Shown piece by piece: positions 20,814-31,204 of a stretch of 64,000 nucleotides of DNA (within the stretch, counting starts at the first letter, position 1; every line of letters starts with the position of its first letter). The notes beneath the pieces were generated by a model that was not told where the DNA came from, ran no database searches, and was given only the letters and a program-made list of their open reading frames with translations. This stretch comes from Chitinophagales bacterium (lineage in GTDB: Bacteria > Bacteroidota > Bacteroidia > Chitinophagales > LD1), in NCBI GenBank assembly GCA_016786765.1, contig JAEUUZ010000051.1, positions 163,453 through 227,452 on the forward strand, read 5' to 3'. The position numbers and the translations under genes are program-made.

Positions 20814-20932
20814 AAAACACTTTTTTATACAATGGATATATTAACTCAAAAATTCAACTCGAATCTAATACTAATATGAGAAATGAATAACGAATCCAAT
20901 GTTTTATTAGTTTTACAAAAAATAATTCGACT

Positions 20933-21382
20933 ATGAGTTTAGAAGAAACAATAAATGCAGAAATTAAAACAGCCATGTTGGCGAAAGATCAAGTTGCGTT
21001 GAGAGGATTACGCGCCATCAAAGCAGGTATTCTTTTGGCGAAAACAGAAAAAGGAGCAAGCGATGTTTTAACCCCTGAACGCGAGGTTCAGATTCTAACC
21101 AAAATGGTCAAACAACGTAAAGAATCCATCGAAATTTTTGAAGCTCAAAACCGTGGAGACCTTGCGACTACTGAAAAAGAAGAAGTTGCCGTGATTGAGC
21201 GCTTTTTGCCTAAGCAAATGACATTGGAAGAAATAAAAGAAGCCATTCAAAAAATTATTGCCGAAACCGGAGCTACATCTGCAAAAGACATGGGCAAAGT
21301 AATGGGCGCTGCTAAAGTATTGGCCGGAAAGGCCGATGGAAAACTCATCGCTGAAACCGTTAAAAGTTTATTGCCGGCTTAA
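20933..21382 (+). CDS. GatB/YqeY domain-containing protein
   Basis: The protein is 149 aa. The segments INAEIKTAMLAKDQVALRGLRAIKA and KDMGKVMGAAK are typical of the YqeY family. Confidence 0.85.
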   Translation: MSLEETINAEIKTAMLAKDQVALRGLRAIKAGILLAKTEKGASDVLTPEREVQILTKMVKQRKESIEIFEAQNRGDLATTEKEEVAVIERFLPKQMTLEEIKEAIQKIIAETGATSAKDMGKVMGAAKVLAGKADGKLIAETVKSLLPA

Positions 21383-21399
21383 TCTAAAAACACCGTTTT

Positions 21400-21948
21400 A
21401 TGATTTTCGACATTGTTTTTTTGCTTTTTATAGCTGTTGCCTTTTGGTGGGGATATACGAAGGGGATTATCTATTCTGTATTCTCATTTATTGGCTATTT
21501 CATTGCCATTGCAGCTGCTGTTAAGTTCTCGTACATAGCCTTGTCGTACCTCAAAGAACTTACTAACCTAAGTGGAAAATCGCTATCCATTTTAGCCTTC
21601 GTTACTGTTTTTGTTTTGATAGTCATTATTGTGCGGCTATTAGCTTGGATTTTAGAACAAATTCTAAAATCATTCTCGCTCAATTTCATTAACCAATTTG
21701 CCGGAGGCGTTGTACATTCAATTGTAGGGTTATATGTGTTATGCGTTTTAGTTTGGTTTGGCAACAAGTGGGATTTAATTTCCGTAGCCCAACGAAACAC
21801 ATCGCATGTGTATAGCTATATCGCCAATTTTGCCCCTTCTGTTATGGAATACAGCGGCAAAGTTGTTCCTGCATTGAAAGACACATTTTCTAAGTATGAA
21901 GCCTTACTGAAAGAAGATAACACACATTATGAGGATACTGCTCATTGA
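21400..21948 (+). CDS. cvpA: CvpA-family membrane protein
   Basis: It has four predicted TM helices, and the N-terminus MIFDIVFLLFIAVAFWWGYTKG is typical of the colicin V production protein family. Confidence 0.6.
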   Translation: MIFDIVFLLFIAVAFWWGYTKGIIYSVFSFIGYFIAIAAAVKFSYIALSYLKELTNLSGKSLSILAFVTVFVLIVIIVRLLAWILEQILKSFSLNFINQFAGGVVHSIVGLYVLCVLVWFGNKWDLISVAQRNTSHVYSYIANFAPSVMEYSGKVVPALKDTFSKYEALLKEDNTHYEDTAH

Positions 21949-22504
21949 TAATTATGATTCATTCACCTATAACCTTTTTGATTTATTGAAGGTATGTGGA
22001 GCAGATTGCAGAGTAGTAAAAAACAATGAAGTAACCATTGATGCTATCGAAGCGATGCAAGTAGATGGCATAGTGCTTTCACCCGGCCCAAAACGACCTG
22101 AAAATGCGGGTATTACTGTTGAAACTATTCACGCTTTTGCAGGAAAACTACCCATCTTAGGCATTTGCCTGGGACATCAAGCCATTGGAGAATTTCTGGG
22201 CTACAAACTTGTTAAAGCACTACAACCGCGACACGGTAAAACATCTGCGATTCAACATACCCATCATTTCCTATTTGAAAACATACCCTCCCCTATTCGT
22301 GTAATGCGCTACCACTCGCTCATACTGGCTGACGTAAAAGCAAAAGAAATTATTGCTACATCCCAAACCGGTGAAACCATGGCCATTGCCGATACTACGG
22401 GCTATCTCTGTGGTATTCAATACCATCCGGAATCTGTTTTATCTGAGTATGGAGAACAAACGCTGAAAAACTGGTTAGCTTTTGTGAAAAAGTGTAGAAT
22501 ATAA
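21929..22504 (+). CDS. pabA: Glutamine amidotransferase subunit of aminodeoxychorismate/anthranilate synthase (PabA/TrpG)
   Basis: It is a class-I GATase with MRILLIDNYDSFTYNL, the nucleophile elbow GICLGHQ and YHPES. No trpE or other trp genes are adjacent, so PabA is favoured. Confidence 0.85.
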   Translation: MRILLIDNYDSFTYNLFDLLKVCGADCRVVKNNEVTIDAIEAMQVDGIVLSPGPKRPENAGITVETIHAFAGKLPILGICLGHQAIGEFLGYKLVKALQPRHGKTSAIQHTHHFLFENIPSPIRVMRYHSLILADVKAKEIIATSQTGETMAIADTTGYLCGIQYHPESVLSEYGEQTLKNWLAFVKKCRI

Positions 22505-22549
22505 TTTGATACATTAATAATAAATCTATTTTTGGATGTAATCCATTGT

Positions 22550-23308
22550 ATGTCGTTAGTAATAAAAGAAGAAGGAGCGTTTAAGTATGTTGAGGTAGGT
22601 TCGGGTCCTGTGATGCTGAACTTGCACGGTCTTTTTGGCGCGCTGAGTAATTTTAAAGATGTAACCGATTATTTCAGTAAGGACTATACTGTGGTAATCC
22701 CAATATTGCCTTTATACACACTCGATTTAGACAAAACAAGTGTAACCGGTATGGTCGATTATATTGACGCATTTATCGAGTATAAAGGGTATGCTAAAGT
22801 TCACCTTATTGGCAATTCTTTGGGCGGTCACATTGCTTTACTTTACACCCTTCGCAAACAAGAAAAAGTAGCATCAATGACGCTCACCGCCAGTTCGGGT
22901 TTGTTCGAAAGTTCGTTAGGCGATCAATATCCGCGAAAAAGCGATAAGTCTTACATTAAACGCAAAACAGCTGAAACGTTTTATAATCCTGAATTAGCAT
23001 CAGACGAATTAGTGGATGAAGTTTATGACATCGTAAACTCAAGAGAAAAGGCAATTCGTGTAGTCTTCATTGCTAAATCGGCAGTACGTCATAATTTGCG
23101 CGATGAGTTGCATAAAATCACTATTCCATGTAATCTAATTTGGGGCGCAAGTGATACCATTACTCCGCCTTTTGTAGGCGAAGAATTCAAGAAATTACTC
23201 GTTAATTCTGAGTTAACTATTTTGGAAAAATGCGGACATGCACCCATGATGGAACGTCCGGAAGAGTTCAATAAACTTATGGCAGCATTTTTGCAGAAAA
23301 TAGCTTAG
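22550..23308 (+). CDS. Alpha/beta-fold hydrolase
   Basis: It has an HGLFG oxyanion region, the nucleophile elbow GNSLGG and a C-terminal CGHAPMME. The track start at 22532 is a TTG, and the first ATG is 22550. Confidence 0.75.
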   Translation: MSLVIKEEGAFKYVEVGSGPVMLNLHGLFGALSNFKDVTDYFSKDYTVVIPILPLYTLDLDKTSVTGMVDYIDAFIEYKGYAKVHLIGNSLGGHIALLYTLRKQEKVASMTLTASSGLFESSLGDQYPRKSDKSYIKRKTAETFYNPELASDELVDEVYDIVNSREKAIRVVFIAKSAVRHNLRDELHKITIPCNLIWGASDTITPPFVGEEFKKLLVNSELTILEKCGHAPMMERPEEFNKLMAAFLQKIA

Positions 23309-23351
23309 GTATTTAAACAACATTTTCTCATTTTAGCGTATATAGTATATA

Positions 23352-24017
23352 ATGATTGCCAGCGAAATCATATCGAATCACTTAAAACCGCTTAACTATA
23401 CCGATACGGGCGAGATGGCTCTCCTAGCCATGCACGAACTCAACGTGAACCAAATGCCGGTTGTGAATAATGGTGTGTACGTAGGTATTATTTCGTTGGA
23501 AGAAATCACCTTACTTAAACACCTGAACGATCCATTATTGGAAATCCATACTTCGCTTAAACGCCCTTATGTTCACGAATCTTCGCACCTCTTTGATGTG
23601 ATGAAAGCAGCGTTGGAATATAATGTACGTATCGTTCCTGTGCTCACCGATAACGATGATGTTTATGCAGGCGTTATTTCTGCAGAGAGCTGTTTGAAAG
23701 CCTTTTCGGAATTGAATTCGATTGTAGATGAAGGGGGTATTATCGAACTTACAGTTCCGCTAAAAGATTTCTCCCTTACAGAAATTGTAAGAATTATTGA
23801 AAGTAATGGCGTTTATCCTTTAGCCTGTTATACTAACATCGATCAGTTAAATGCGAAGGTAAACATTACCATTAAAACTAACTCGAACGAACTATCTGCA
23901 ATTATCGCCACATTTGAAAGATATAACTACGAAATTAACGGCTTCTATCACGAGGATGAATACCGCGAAGACATGAAGGATCGCTATGATGCCCTAATGC
24001 GATTTATTAATATCTAA
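23352..24017 (+). CDS. CBS-domain pair protein
   Basis: There are two CBS-like modules (MPVVNNGVYVGIISLEEI and IVPVLTDNDDVYAGVISAES) followed by an ACT-like C-terminal segment. Confidence 0.65.
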   Translation: MIASEIISNHLKPLNYTDTGEMALLAMHELNVNQMPVVNNGVYVGIISLEEITLLKHLNDPLLEIHTSLKRPYVHESSHLFDVMKAALEYNVRIVPVLTDNDDVYAGVISAESCLKAFSELNSIVDEGGIIELTVPLKDFSLTEIVRIIESNGVYPLACYTNIDQLNAKVNITIKTNSNELSAIIATFERYNYEINGFYHEDEYREDMKDRYDALMRFINI

Positions 24018-24028
24018 CGCATACACAT

Positions 24029-24061
24029 AAAAAAAGGCGCAATACAAATTGCGCCTTTTTC
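24029..24061. terminator. Bidirectional rho-independent terminator
   Basis: The sequence is AAAAAAA-GGCGCAAT-ACAA-ATTGCGCC-TTTTT, a perfect 8-bp GC-rich stem flanked by A and T runs. It sits between the convergent CBS gene and the giant adhesin gene. Confidence 0.85.
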
Positions 24062-24076
24062 GATGATACAATTCTT

Positions 24077-27000
24077 TTACCGAATGAGCGTAACCGACCC
24101 GGAACGTCTGTCTTTCTTGGTGTTTAAGTATTCTACTTCAACAGAAAACACATACACTGATGGCGGCTGTAATTCGCCTCTGTATTTTCCGTCCCATGCA
24201 GCATAAGGATTTCCCATGCTATCATACACTTTTTCACCCCAACGGTTAAATACTTCCATATGCACAGTCTTTAACTCTCTTCCATACACCTCAAACAAAT
24301 CGTTGTTTCCATCCCCATTCGGACTGAATGCATTCGGTATATACAATGAAGTATCAGACTTAACATTAATCGTAGCAATGGCCGAGGCTTTACATTCATT
24401 GCTATACGTTACTTCTAATAAATAAGAGTTGTTTTTCTGATAAGACGTCATTGTAGGATTCGGACAATCATCACAACTCAAGCCTGCCGCAGGTGTCCAA
24501 TGGTAGCTGGTAATGCTGCTTATAGGATACGGATACAATTGAATCGTTAACCCTATTTGCTCGCCAATATGAATACTTGTATCGTTAGGAATAATAGATA
24601 ATGTTGCAGGGAGTGGTTCAGGCACTTCAACAATAAAACTTGTATCACAACCATTATCGTTTCTCGCATGTACTGTATAAATACCCGCGTTCAAACCATA
24701 AAAATCGGAAACATAACTATAGGTTTTGCCACTGTCGATGGAATACTGATAAGGACCATTCAATAGCGTCTGACTTTCCACACGAATGGCACCGTCTTTA
24801 TACTGCGCACCAAAACAGCTTGTGCTGTCCACATCAACAGTAAACATGTCGTGTTCTTGAGAAAATACAATAGCCGTTTGCATTTCAACACAACCATTTT
24901 CATCCGTTACATCAACCATATAAGTTGCCGGTGCAAGAGAAGTAAAACTACCTGATTTATTGGTTTGTAGAATGGTACCGCCCAATGTTAAATCATAGGT
25001 ATAATTTGGTGTTCCTCCGCCTGCAGTAGCGATAACCGTTCCGTTAGCTGCACCAATACACAATTCAGGTGTAGCTGTAGCTAATAGCGTAAGTTGCGAT
25101 GGCTCATTCACCATAAACAAATTGCTAGTATCTTTACATCCATTGGCATCAGTTGCAATCTGATAATAAGTACCTTGAATCAAATTCAGTGCATCAGGGC
25201 TGTTTAGTCCTAAGTTATGGCTCCATCCATACTGAATATTACCCGTTCCGCCTATGGCTTCGCTATGAATACTTCCTGTATTTTCCCCATGACATTTCAC
25301 ATCTTGAACACGTGGATTGATAAATACAATTGGAGAAGGCTCAGTTATCGTAAACGAAGTTGTTACGGAGCAACCATTTACATCTGTTGCAGTTTGGCTG
25401 TAGTTGCCGGCTGTTAATCCGGAAGCCACACTGTTATTGAGTGTACCGTCATGGCTCCAAGTGTAGGAAAGAACGCCTGTTCCGCCTGAAGCTGAAGAAG
25501 TTATAGTTGCATCACTTCCTCCATTACAAGTTACCATAGTCAATTGCGGAATTCCAAAAGTGATAACAGTTGGTTCTGTAACCGTAAAGGTGTTCGTAAT
25601 ACTGCATCCGTTAGCATCGGAGGCTGTTTGCGTATATGTTCCTGCGGTAAGACCAGTAGCGGTAGCACTATTTAAAGTAACATCGTGGCTCCAACTATAA
25701 TTTATCACTCCCGTTCCACCAGATGCTATAGAGGTTATGGAGCCATCATTTCCACCATTACATGACGCATTAACGATTGTAGCCGCCTGGAAAATAACTG
25801 CAGAAGGCTCGAGAATCGTATAAATCGCGCTATCTCTACATCCATTGATATCTGTGGCGTAGTGAACATATGTGCCCGTATCTAATCCCACTAAGTTAGT
25901 CAAATTCAAAGTAGGGTCAAAGTTCCAGCCGTAGGTCAAAGTTCCTGTTCCACCTTGTGCTGTACTACTAATACTTCCATCGCTAGCGTTGTTACAATTT
26001 ACGTCAACAACTGTGGCAGCATTAAACTGAATTGGTGTAGGATCTTGTACATGAAAATAAGCGGTATCGCTGCAACCGTTACCATCGGTAGCTATTTGAA
26101 AATATACGCCTGTATCCAATGGGCTAGCTAACGTATTATTCAACCCTAAATTGTGGCTCCAGCTATAAGTAATTGCACCTGTTCCTCCGGAAGCAGATGA
26201 AGCAATACTGCCATCTGCACTTCTAAAGCATAACGGAGCAGTGATGGTTGGGAGAGCAAATGTAATTGCCGTTGGCTCTGCAATAGTGACTGTTGTAGTG
26301 GCAACACATGCACTGTCGTCTGTAACGGTTGCTGTATAAGTGCCTGCAGCCAATCCTGTTGCCGTTGCAGATGTTTGAGCAGAAGCATCATTCCACAAAA
26401 ACTGATAATTCCCACTTCCCCCGAACACAGTTAATGTTGCAGTGCCATTACTGCCTCCATTGCAAGTGGCGTCTGTTTGAGAGGCTATGCCTAAACTCAA
26501 TGCTGTTGGTTCAGTCACCGTATACTGAGCGGAATCAACACAACCAAACTGATCGGTGGCTACTATGGTATAGACTCCGGCTCCCAAACCTATTGCATCT
26601 TCTGTGGTTTGTGCGGTTGGTGTCCATAAATAAGCATAAGCCAAGGCGCCTGTGCCAACCGTTACATCAATTTCTCCGGTACTTAATCCGTTGCATTTCA
26701 CATTTACAATTCGATCTAAAGTAATTGGAACAGGATTAGTTGTTAACCCAACATTAGCTGTTGTTGATGCCGAACAATTCTTACTATCTGTTACAGTTAC
26801 ACTGTAAGTATTAACCCCTAAACCACTGATCGTATCATTATCAATATTCGCAGGACTCCAAGTATAGTTGAAGCCTGGTGTACCTCCGCTATTTACAGCT
26901 ACGATTACCGTACCATTATTAGCAGAACAGATTGCATTTGTGGCGGTGGCTGCTATTTGAGGCAATGGGTTTACTTCCACTGTAGTAGATGCGGTGGCTG

Positions 27001-29653
27001 TACACGAGGAAGCATCGGTAACCGTAATGGAATATACACCTGACATAGAAGTGGTTGAACTATTGATGGATGGACTTTGTGTTCCATTACTGTATGCATT
27101 CGGCCCACTCCATGCATAGGAAACAAGACCACTTATACCTCCAATCAAATCGATGGTTGCTCCTTCGCAATAAGGCCCTGTATTACTTGCCGAAACAGAA
27201 GGGGAAGGAAGTATTACAACGTTTGTAGATGCAGTAGCCGTACAATTCGCGGCACTTGTCACTGTAAGGGTATACGTTCCGCCCATGCTAGCAGTTGCTC
27301 CGGTAATAGAAGGACTTTGTGTTGCATTGGTGTAACTATTTGGACCATTCCAACTGTATGTATTTCCTGAAGCACCTCCGGTTAAAACGATAGTTGTTCC
27401 TAAGCAATAAGGACCTGAATTAGCTGCAGTAGCTGTTGGATTAGCATTCACTACAACAGTAGTTGTGGCTGTTGCTGTGCATGTTGCTGCACTTGTTACC
27501 GTAACGGTATACACGCCTCCCATAGCAATAGTAGCAATAGCAAGCGAAGGATTTTGCGTTCCATTCGCATAGGCTGAAGGACCACTCCATGCATAAGCAC
27601 TTCCACCTCCACTCGAAAGCGATATGGTTGTGCCTTCACAATAAGGTCCGGTATTACTTGCCGTTGCAATTGGTGCTGGATTAATATTTAGTGTAAATGA
27701 ATCGATTCGAACAGGACAAGGGCTGCCGAGCGGATTATTCGTTGTAGCATATAACTTAACAGTACCTGCAGCAATATCTGCCGTACTTGGTGTGTACGTA
27801 ACATTAAATGGACTAGCAGATGCTGATGGAGAACTGAATGTACCTGACCCTGAACTACTATACGATACTTGTGTGGCAGAACCTCCGAATGTTCCGGAAA
27901 CAACTTGTGTTTGTCCTGCACAAATAACACCGGTTATCGGACTAATTGTAACTAAGGGCGGGTTCGCACAACCACAGGCATTTCCAACAACTACACTAGC
28001 CGTGTCGGTACAACCTGAAGCACTTGTCCAAACAAATCTATAGGTTCCAACAACACTAAAACTGGTGATGGTTGTTGTAGGAGAACTCGGAGTAGTTATA
28101 ATAGCTGTTCCCGGATTTGAAGACAAAGCCGACCATGTACCCGCTCCAATAGCAGCCATCGTAGCCGCATCAGTGGTTAAACAAACTACGGTTTGGTCTA
28201 TACCTGCATTAGGTTTCGAATTAACAGTAACCGTTCCTATTCCAGTTCCCGAACAACTCAATAAAGTGTAGGTAACAGTATAGGTGGTATTAGTTCCGGG
28301 CGAAACTGTTATGGTCTGAGTTGTTGCTCCACCCGGAGACCAACTATAGGTTCCTCCGGTATTACTTGGTGTAGCTGTTAATACGGCAGAAGTACCTGCA
28401 CATACCGTATCGCTATTTACTGTTACTGTTGGATTTGCAATAATCTGTACCGATTGTGTACTAACATCTGTACAACCATTGTTGGTTACCTGATTTGATA
28501 TTACATAAGTACCCGGTGCGGTGTAATTATGTGCAGGAGGAGCAGCGCCAGTAAAGCTTGCACTACCATCACCAAAGTTCCAAACTTGTGTTGTTCCCCC
28601 AATAGTTGTATTGGTAATATTCACAGTACCGCCACTTCCACATATTGAAGATGGACTCGCGGTAAACTGACTTGTAGGCGCAAGACCAAATGTACTTCCT
28701 GTCCAATTAAAATTCCATCCCGAGCCATTGTTGGAAAAATTGTCAATTACAATCGCATACGTTCTTCCGGCAGTAACAGTTATAGATGGGCAAAATTCTC
28801 CGGCAGCCCCACCCAAACCATCCGTAGGACAAATAGTACCGGATGATGTACTCATCCCAACCGGGTTTGACGCCTCATTGGAATAATTATAATTACAAGC
28901 CACTGATGAAGTGAATAATCCAGGGCAAGAACCTGTAATATCATACAATGCCCAATCGAGTTCTGTACCTGGCAAATTTGGAGTAGCAGACCAAGCCAAA
29001 GTTCCCGAAACGCCAACAGTAAACCTATACCATACTGATGAGTTGGCTCCAAAAAGGAAACAATCCGGAGTATAACCCCCTGTGCCTGAAGGACCAGAGC
29101 CTAATGTAAATGGATTTAACGCACATACTCTTGAAGCTGTTGCACACGAAGAACCGGGAGACGGCTGAGGCGTAACAGAATTAACACACAACTGAAAATT
29201 GCCATCGCCATTAAAAGAACTCACCTCAACAAAATATTGAGTACCTATTGCTGACGCTTGAATAACAACTGCAGAATCGGGGTTATTGGGGGCAATAGCA
29301 CAATACGTTCCAAGACCAGACAAGCTGCCACAACTCCCGGTATACACAGTTATCCCTAGCCGAGCTGCTGCAGGACTTCCGCTTGGTTTTACTGTAATTG
29401 TATTCAATGTGCCATTCGAAACAAAAGTATACCATACATCATTGGTCCACGTAGTCTGCCCACAAAGAGCGGACCCCCAAGTTGTTGAAGTGGCGCCAAT
29501 ATTATTTCCATTTACACAAGTACTTCCTGATGCGGGAATAGCAATAGGTGTAGCATTTAAGCAATCGTCATTCAAGGGTTGCGCAACAACAACTGAGTTG
29601 AAAAAGAAGAACAGCAAACATAACGGGGCTAATTTATACATCGTTTTACTCAT
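24077..29653 (-). CDS. Giant (1858 aa) cell-surface adhesin: Ig-like and PKD modules, a SprB-repeat array and a T9SS type-B (gliding-motility-associated, CHU_C) C-terminal domain
   Basis: It has a signal peptide and a PKD-like WNFGDGS module. Three ~78-aa tandem units (GPYCEGTTISLSSGG...YAWSGPSAY...GGVYTVTVTS) are followed by about a dozen SprB repeats (NVKCNGLSTGEIDVTV...YLWTPT...GVYTIVATDQFGC). The C-terminus reads YIPNAFSPNGDGNNDLFEV...FNRWGEKVY...WDGKYRGELQPPSVYVF. Confidence 0.9.
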   Translation of the reverse strand: MSKTMYKLAPLCLLFFFFNSVVVAQPLNDDCLNATPIAIPASGSTCVNGNNIGATSTTWGSALCGQTTWTNDVWYTFVSNGTLNTITVKPSGSPAAARLGITVYTGSCGSLSGLGTYCAIAPNNPDSAVVIQASAIGTQYFVEVSSFNGDGNFQLCVNSVTPQPSPGSSCATASRVCALNPFTLGSGPSGTGGYTPDCFLFGANSSVWYRFTVGVSGTLAWSATPNLPGTELDWALYDITGSCPGLFTSSVACNYNYSNEASNPVGMSTSSGTICPTDGLGGAAGEFCPSITVTAGRTYAIVIDNFSNNGSGWNFNWTGSTFGLAPTSQFTASPSSICGSGGTVNITNTTIGGTTQVWNFGDGSASFTGAAPPAHNYTAPGTYVISNQVTNNGCTDVSTQSVQIIANPTVTVNSDTVCAGTSAVLTATPSNTGGTYSWSPGGATTQTITVSPGTNTTYTVTYTLLSCSGTGIGTVTVNSKPNAGIDQTVVCLTTDAATMAAIGAGTWSALSSNPGTAIITTPSSPTTTITSFSVVGTYRFVWTSASGCTDTASVVVGNACGCANPPLVTISPITGVICAGQTQVVSGTFGGSATQVSYSSSGSGTFSSPSASASPFNVTYTPSTADIAAGTVKLYATTNNPLGSPCPVRIDSFTLNINPAPIATASNTGPYCEGTTISLSSGGGSAYAWSGPSAYANGTQNPSLAIATIAMGGVYTVTVTSAATCTATATTTVVVNANPTATAANSGPYCLGTTIVLTGGASGNTYSWNGPNSYTNATQSPSITGATASMGGTYTLTVTSAANCTATASTNVVILPSPSVSASNTGPYCEGATIDLIGGISGLVSYAWSGPNAYSNGTQSPSINSSTTSMSGVYSITVTDASSCTATASTTVEVNPLPQIAATATNAICSANNGTVIVAVNSGGTPGFNYTWSPANIDNDTISGLGVNTYSVTVTDSKNCSASTTANVGLTTNPVPITLDRIVNVKCNGLSTGEIDVTVGTGALAYAYLWTPTAQTTEDAIGLGAGVYTIVATDQFGCVDSAQYTVTEPTALSLGIASQTDATCNGGSNGTATLTVFGGSGNYQFLWNDASAQTSATATGLAAGTYTATVTDDSACVATTTVTIAEPTAITFALPTITAPLCFRSADGSIASSASGGTGAITYSWSHNLGLNNTLASPLDTGVYFQIATDGNGCSDTAYFHVQDPTPIQFNAATVVDVNCNNASDGSISSTAQGGTGTLTYGWNFDPTLNLTNLVGLDTGTYVHYATDINGCRDSAIYTILEPSAVIFQAATIVNASCNGGNDGSITSIASGGTGVINYSWSHDVTLNSATATGLTAGTYTQTASDANGCSITNTFTVTEPTVITFGIPQLTMVTCNGGSDATITSSASGGTGVLSYTWSHDGTLNNSVASGLTAGNYSQTATDVNGCSVTTSFTITEPSPIVFINPRVQDVKCHGENTGSIHSEAIGGTGNIQYGWSHNLGLNSPDALNLIQGTYYQIATDANGCKDTSNLFMVNEPSQLTLLATATPELCIGAANGTVIATAGGGTPNYTYDLTLGGTILQTNKSGSFTSLAPATYMVDVTDENGCVEMQTAIVFSQEHDMFTVDVDSTSCFGAQYKDGAIRVESQTLLNGPYQYSIDSGKTYSYVSDFYGLNAGIYTVHARNDNGCDTSFIVEVPEPLPATLSIIPNDTSIHIGEQIGLTIQLYPYPISSITSYHWTPAAGLSCDDCPNPTMTSYQKNNSYLLEVTYSNECKASAIATINVKSDTSLYIPNAFSPNGDGNNDLFEVYGRELKTVHMEVFNRWGEKVYDSMGNPYAAWDGKYRGELQPPSVYVFSVEVEYLNTKKDRRSGSVTLIR

Positions 29654-30030
29654 TTTAGGAAGATTGCTTGGTTAGTAATTATCGTTTGTCCCGATGGTAT
29701 CTTTTGTTGAAGCTGTAGGTTACGTACGGAAATTACTTTAACGATTAAATGATCGCTTAACTTAATCGTGACATCATTATCAGGTTGTTGAAATTGTGCT
29801 ATCCTTAAACCTAAATCTGCCGGAATATGAACCAGGCGAACATCATCAATAATAAGCTGATACGAGCCTTCCAGCCGCTTTAGTCGTTTAAAATTCATAT
29901 CATCTGCGCTGCCTTTTAAAACAAGCGCACTCGCTTCTTCTTGAATAAAAACGCTACTGTTGACTTGGGCATTTGTATTAATACCAAATAAAACACACAA
30001 CAGAAAGCAGCAGAGGATGAACTTTTTCAT
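29650..30030 (-). CDS. Small secreted hypothetical protein (126 aa) whose stop overlaps the start of the giant adhesin
   Basis: The internal ATG at 30030 gives MKKFILCCFLLCVLFGINTNAQ, a clean signal peptide. The longer track ORF (to 30240) overlaps the 3' end of the upstream SDR gene. The stop overlaps the adhesin ATG (ATGA, 29650-29653). Confidence 0.55.
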   Translation of the reverse strand: MKKFILCCFLLCVLFGINTNAQVNSSVFIQEEASALVLKGSADDMNFKRLKRLEGSYQLIIDDVRLVHIPADLGLRIAQFQQPDNDVTIKLSDHLIVKVISVRNLQLQQKIPSGQTIITNQAIFLK

Positions 30031-30178
30031 AATTAAACGTATTACATTAAGACCGCTAAAATTACAAAAAAGTTGCACTACTGGCCCAATAAATATGGGC
30101 AAACCAGCCATTTTGAAGACAATTGAAAACGCATTATAAATAACAGCTATATCAAATACCTTGCGTGAATGATATACC

Positions 30179-31204
30179 TTAATTAAAAAACGAAAAGGAG
30201 GACTCTTTTTCCAACGCTGTATTATACAATGCTGCAACATCTTTTACCGTTTGCGCAACCGGTCTAAACACAAAACCAAGTTCTTCGCTTACTTTGCGGT
30301 TATCATACCGAAAATCACACATCGCCATTTCAATAACTTCCCGGGTTACTAAGGCGCGTTTCCCTGTAATTTTAGACAGTAACCATTCACCTCGCCAGGC
30401 AATGGCACCTAGCCATTTACCGGTTTTAAATCGTGCGCGTTTTACCCCTAGCGCATCTGCAATCATCCACATTAAGTCGTTGAAACATACATTCTCTGAG
30501 GAAACAATAAATTTTTCACCTACAACTTCCTTTTCCAATACCAATAATACAACATCGGCTACATCACGCACATCTACAAACCCGTTTACACCAGTCGTAT
30601 AAAAAGGATAACCTTTATGAATTTGCGCAAACAATTTGTTGGGCTCCATATCCCAAAAACCTCCACCTAGTATTGTTGACGGACATACAATCGAAACTTC
30701 TAGCCCCTCCGCTAATCCTCGCCATGCCTCACGTTCACCATAAAACTTACTTCTAAAGTAATTGAAATTGTCTTTAGAATCTTTAATATCCAAGTGTTCA
30801 TCAATTAATGCAACGCCTTTTGGTCGACAAAAAGCAGCAACACTACTAATATGAATTAATTTTTTCACACCACAGCGCAAGGCTGCATCCACAACATTCG
30901 CAGTCCCTTCTGCATTGATTTGCATCATAGCTTCCGCATCTTCTGGCACGAAAGAAATCATTGCTGCACAATGGATTACTGTTGAGACTCCTTCCATTGC
31001 TGTCTCAAGAGAAACAATGTCGCGTACATCACCTGCTAACCAAGTTATTTGATTTACATCTTCACCCATTAAACGCAAATCACTTGTGTTGCGTTTAATC
31101 GCTTTAACGCTATACCCCTTACGAATAAGGCGTTTTGCGATTTGTGAACCCAGTAATCCGTTTGCTCCGGTTAATAATATTTGCTCCACAACTTCTGTTT
31201 TCAA
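30179..31204 (-). CDS. NAD-dependent epimerase/dehydratase-family (extended SDR) protein
   Basis: It has the Rossmann motif TGANGLLGS. The segments YFRSK and HISSVAA are consistent with the YxxxK catalytic region. Confidence 0.75.
   Translation of the reverse strand: MKTEVVEQILLTGANGLLGSQIAKRLIRKGYSVKAIKRNTSDLRLMGEDVNQITWLAGDVRDIVSLETAMEGVSTVIHCAAMISFVPEDAEAMMQINAEGTANVVDAALRCGVKKLIHISSVAAFCRPKGVALIDEHLDIKDSKDNFNYFRSKFYGEREAWRGLAEGLEVSIVCPSTILGGGFWDMEPNKLFAQIHKGYPFYTTGVNGFVDVRDVADVVLLVLEKEVVGEKFIVSSENVCFNDLMWMIADALGVKRARFKTGKWLGAIAWRGEWLLSKITGKRALVTREVIEMAMCDFRYDNRKVSEELGFVFRPVAQTVKDVAALYNTALEKESSFSFFN

Noticed and set aside
29650-30240. The full 196-aa version of the small ORF upstream of the giant adhesin
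   Set aside because: Its first 70 codons overlap the 3' end of the SDR gene and have no signal-peptide character. The internal ATG at 30030 gives a textbook signal peptide.
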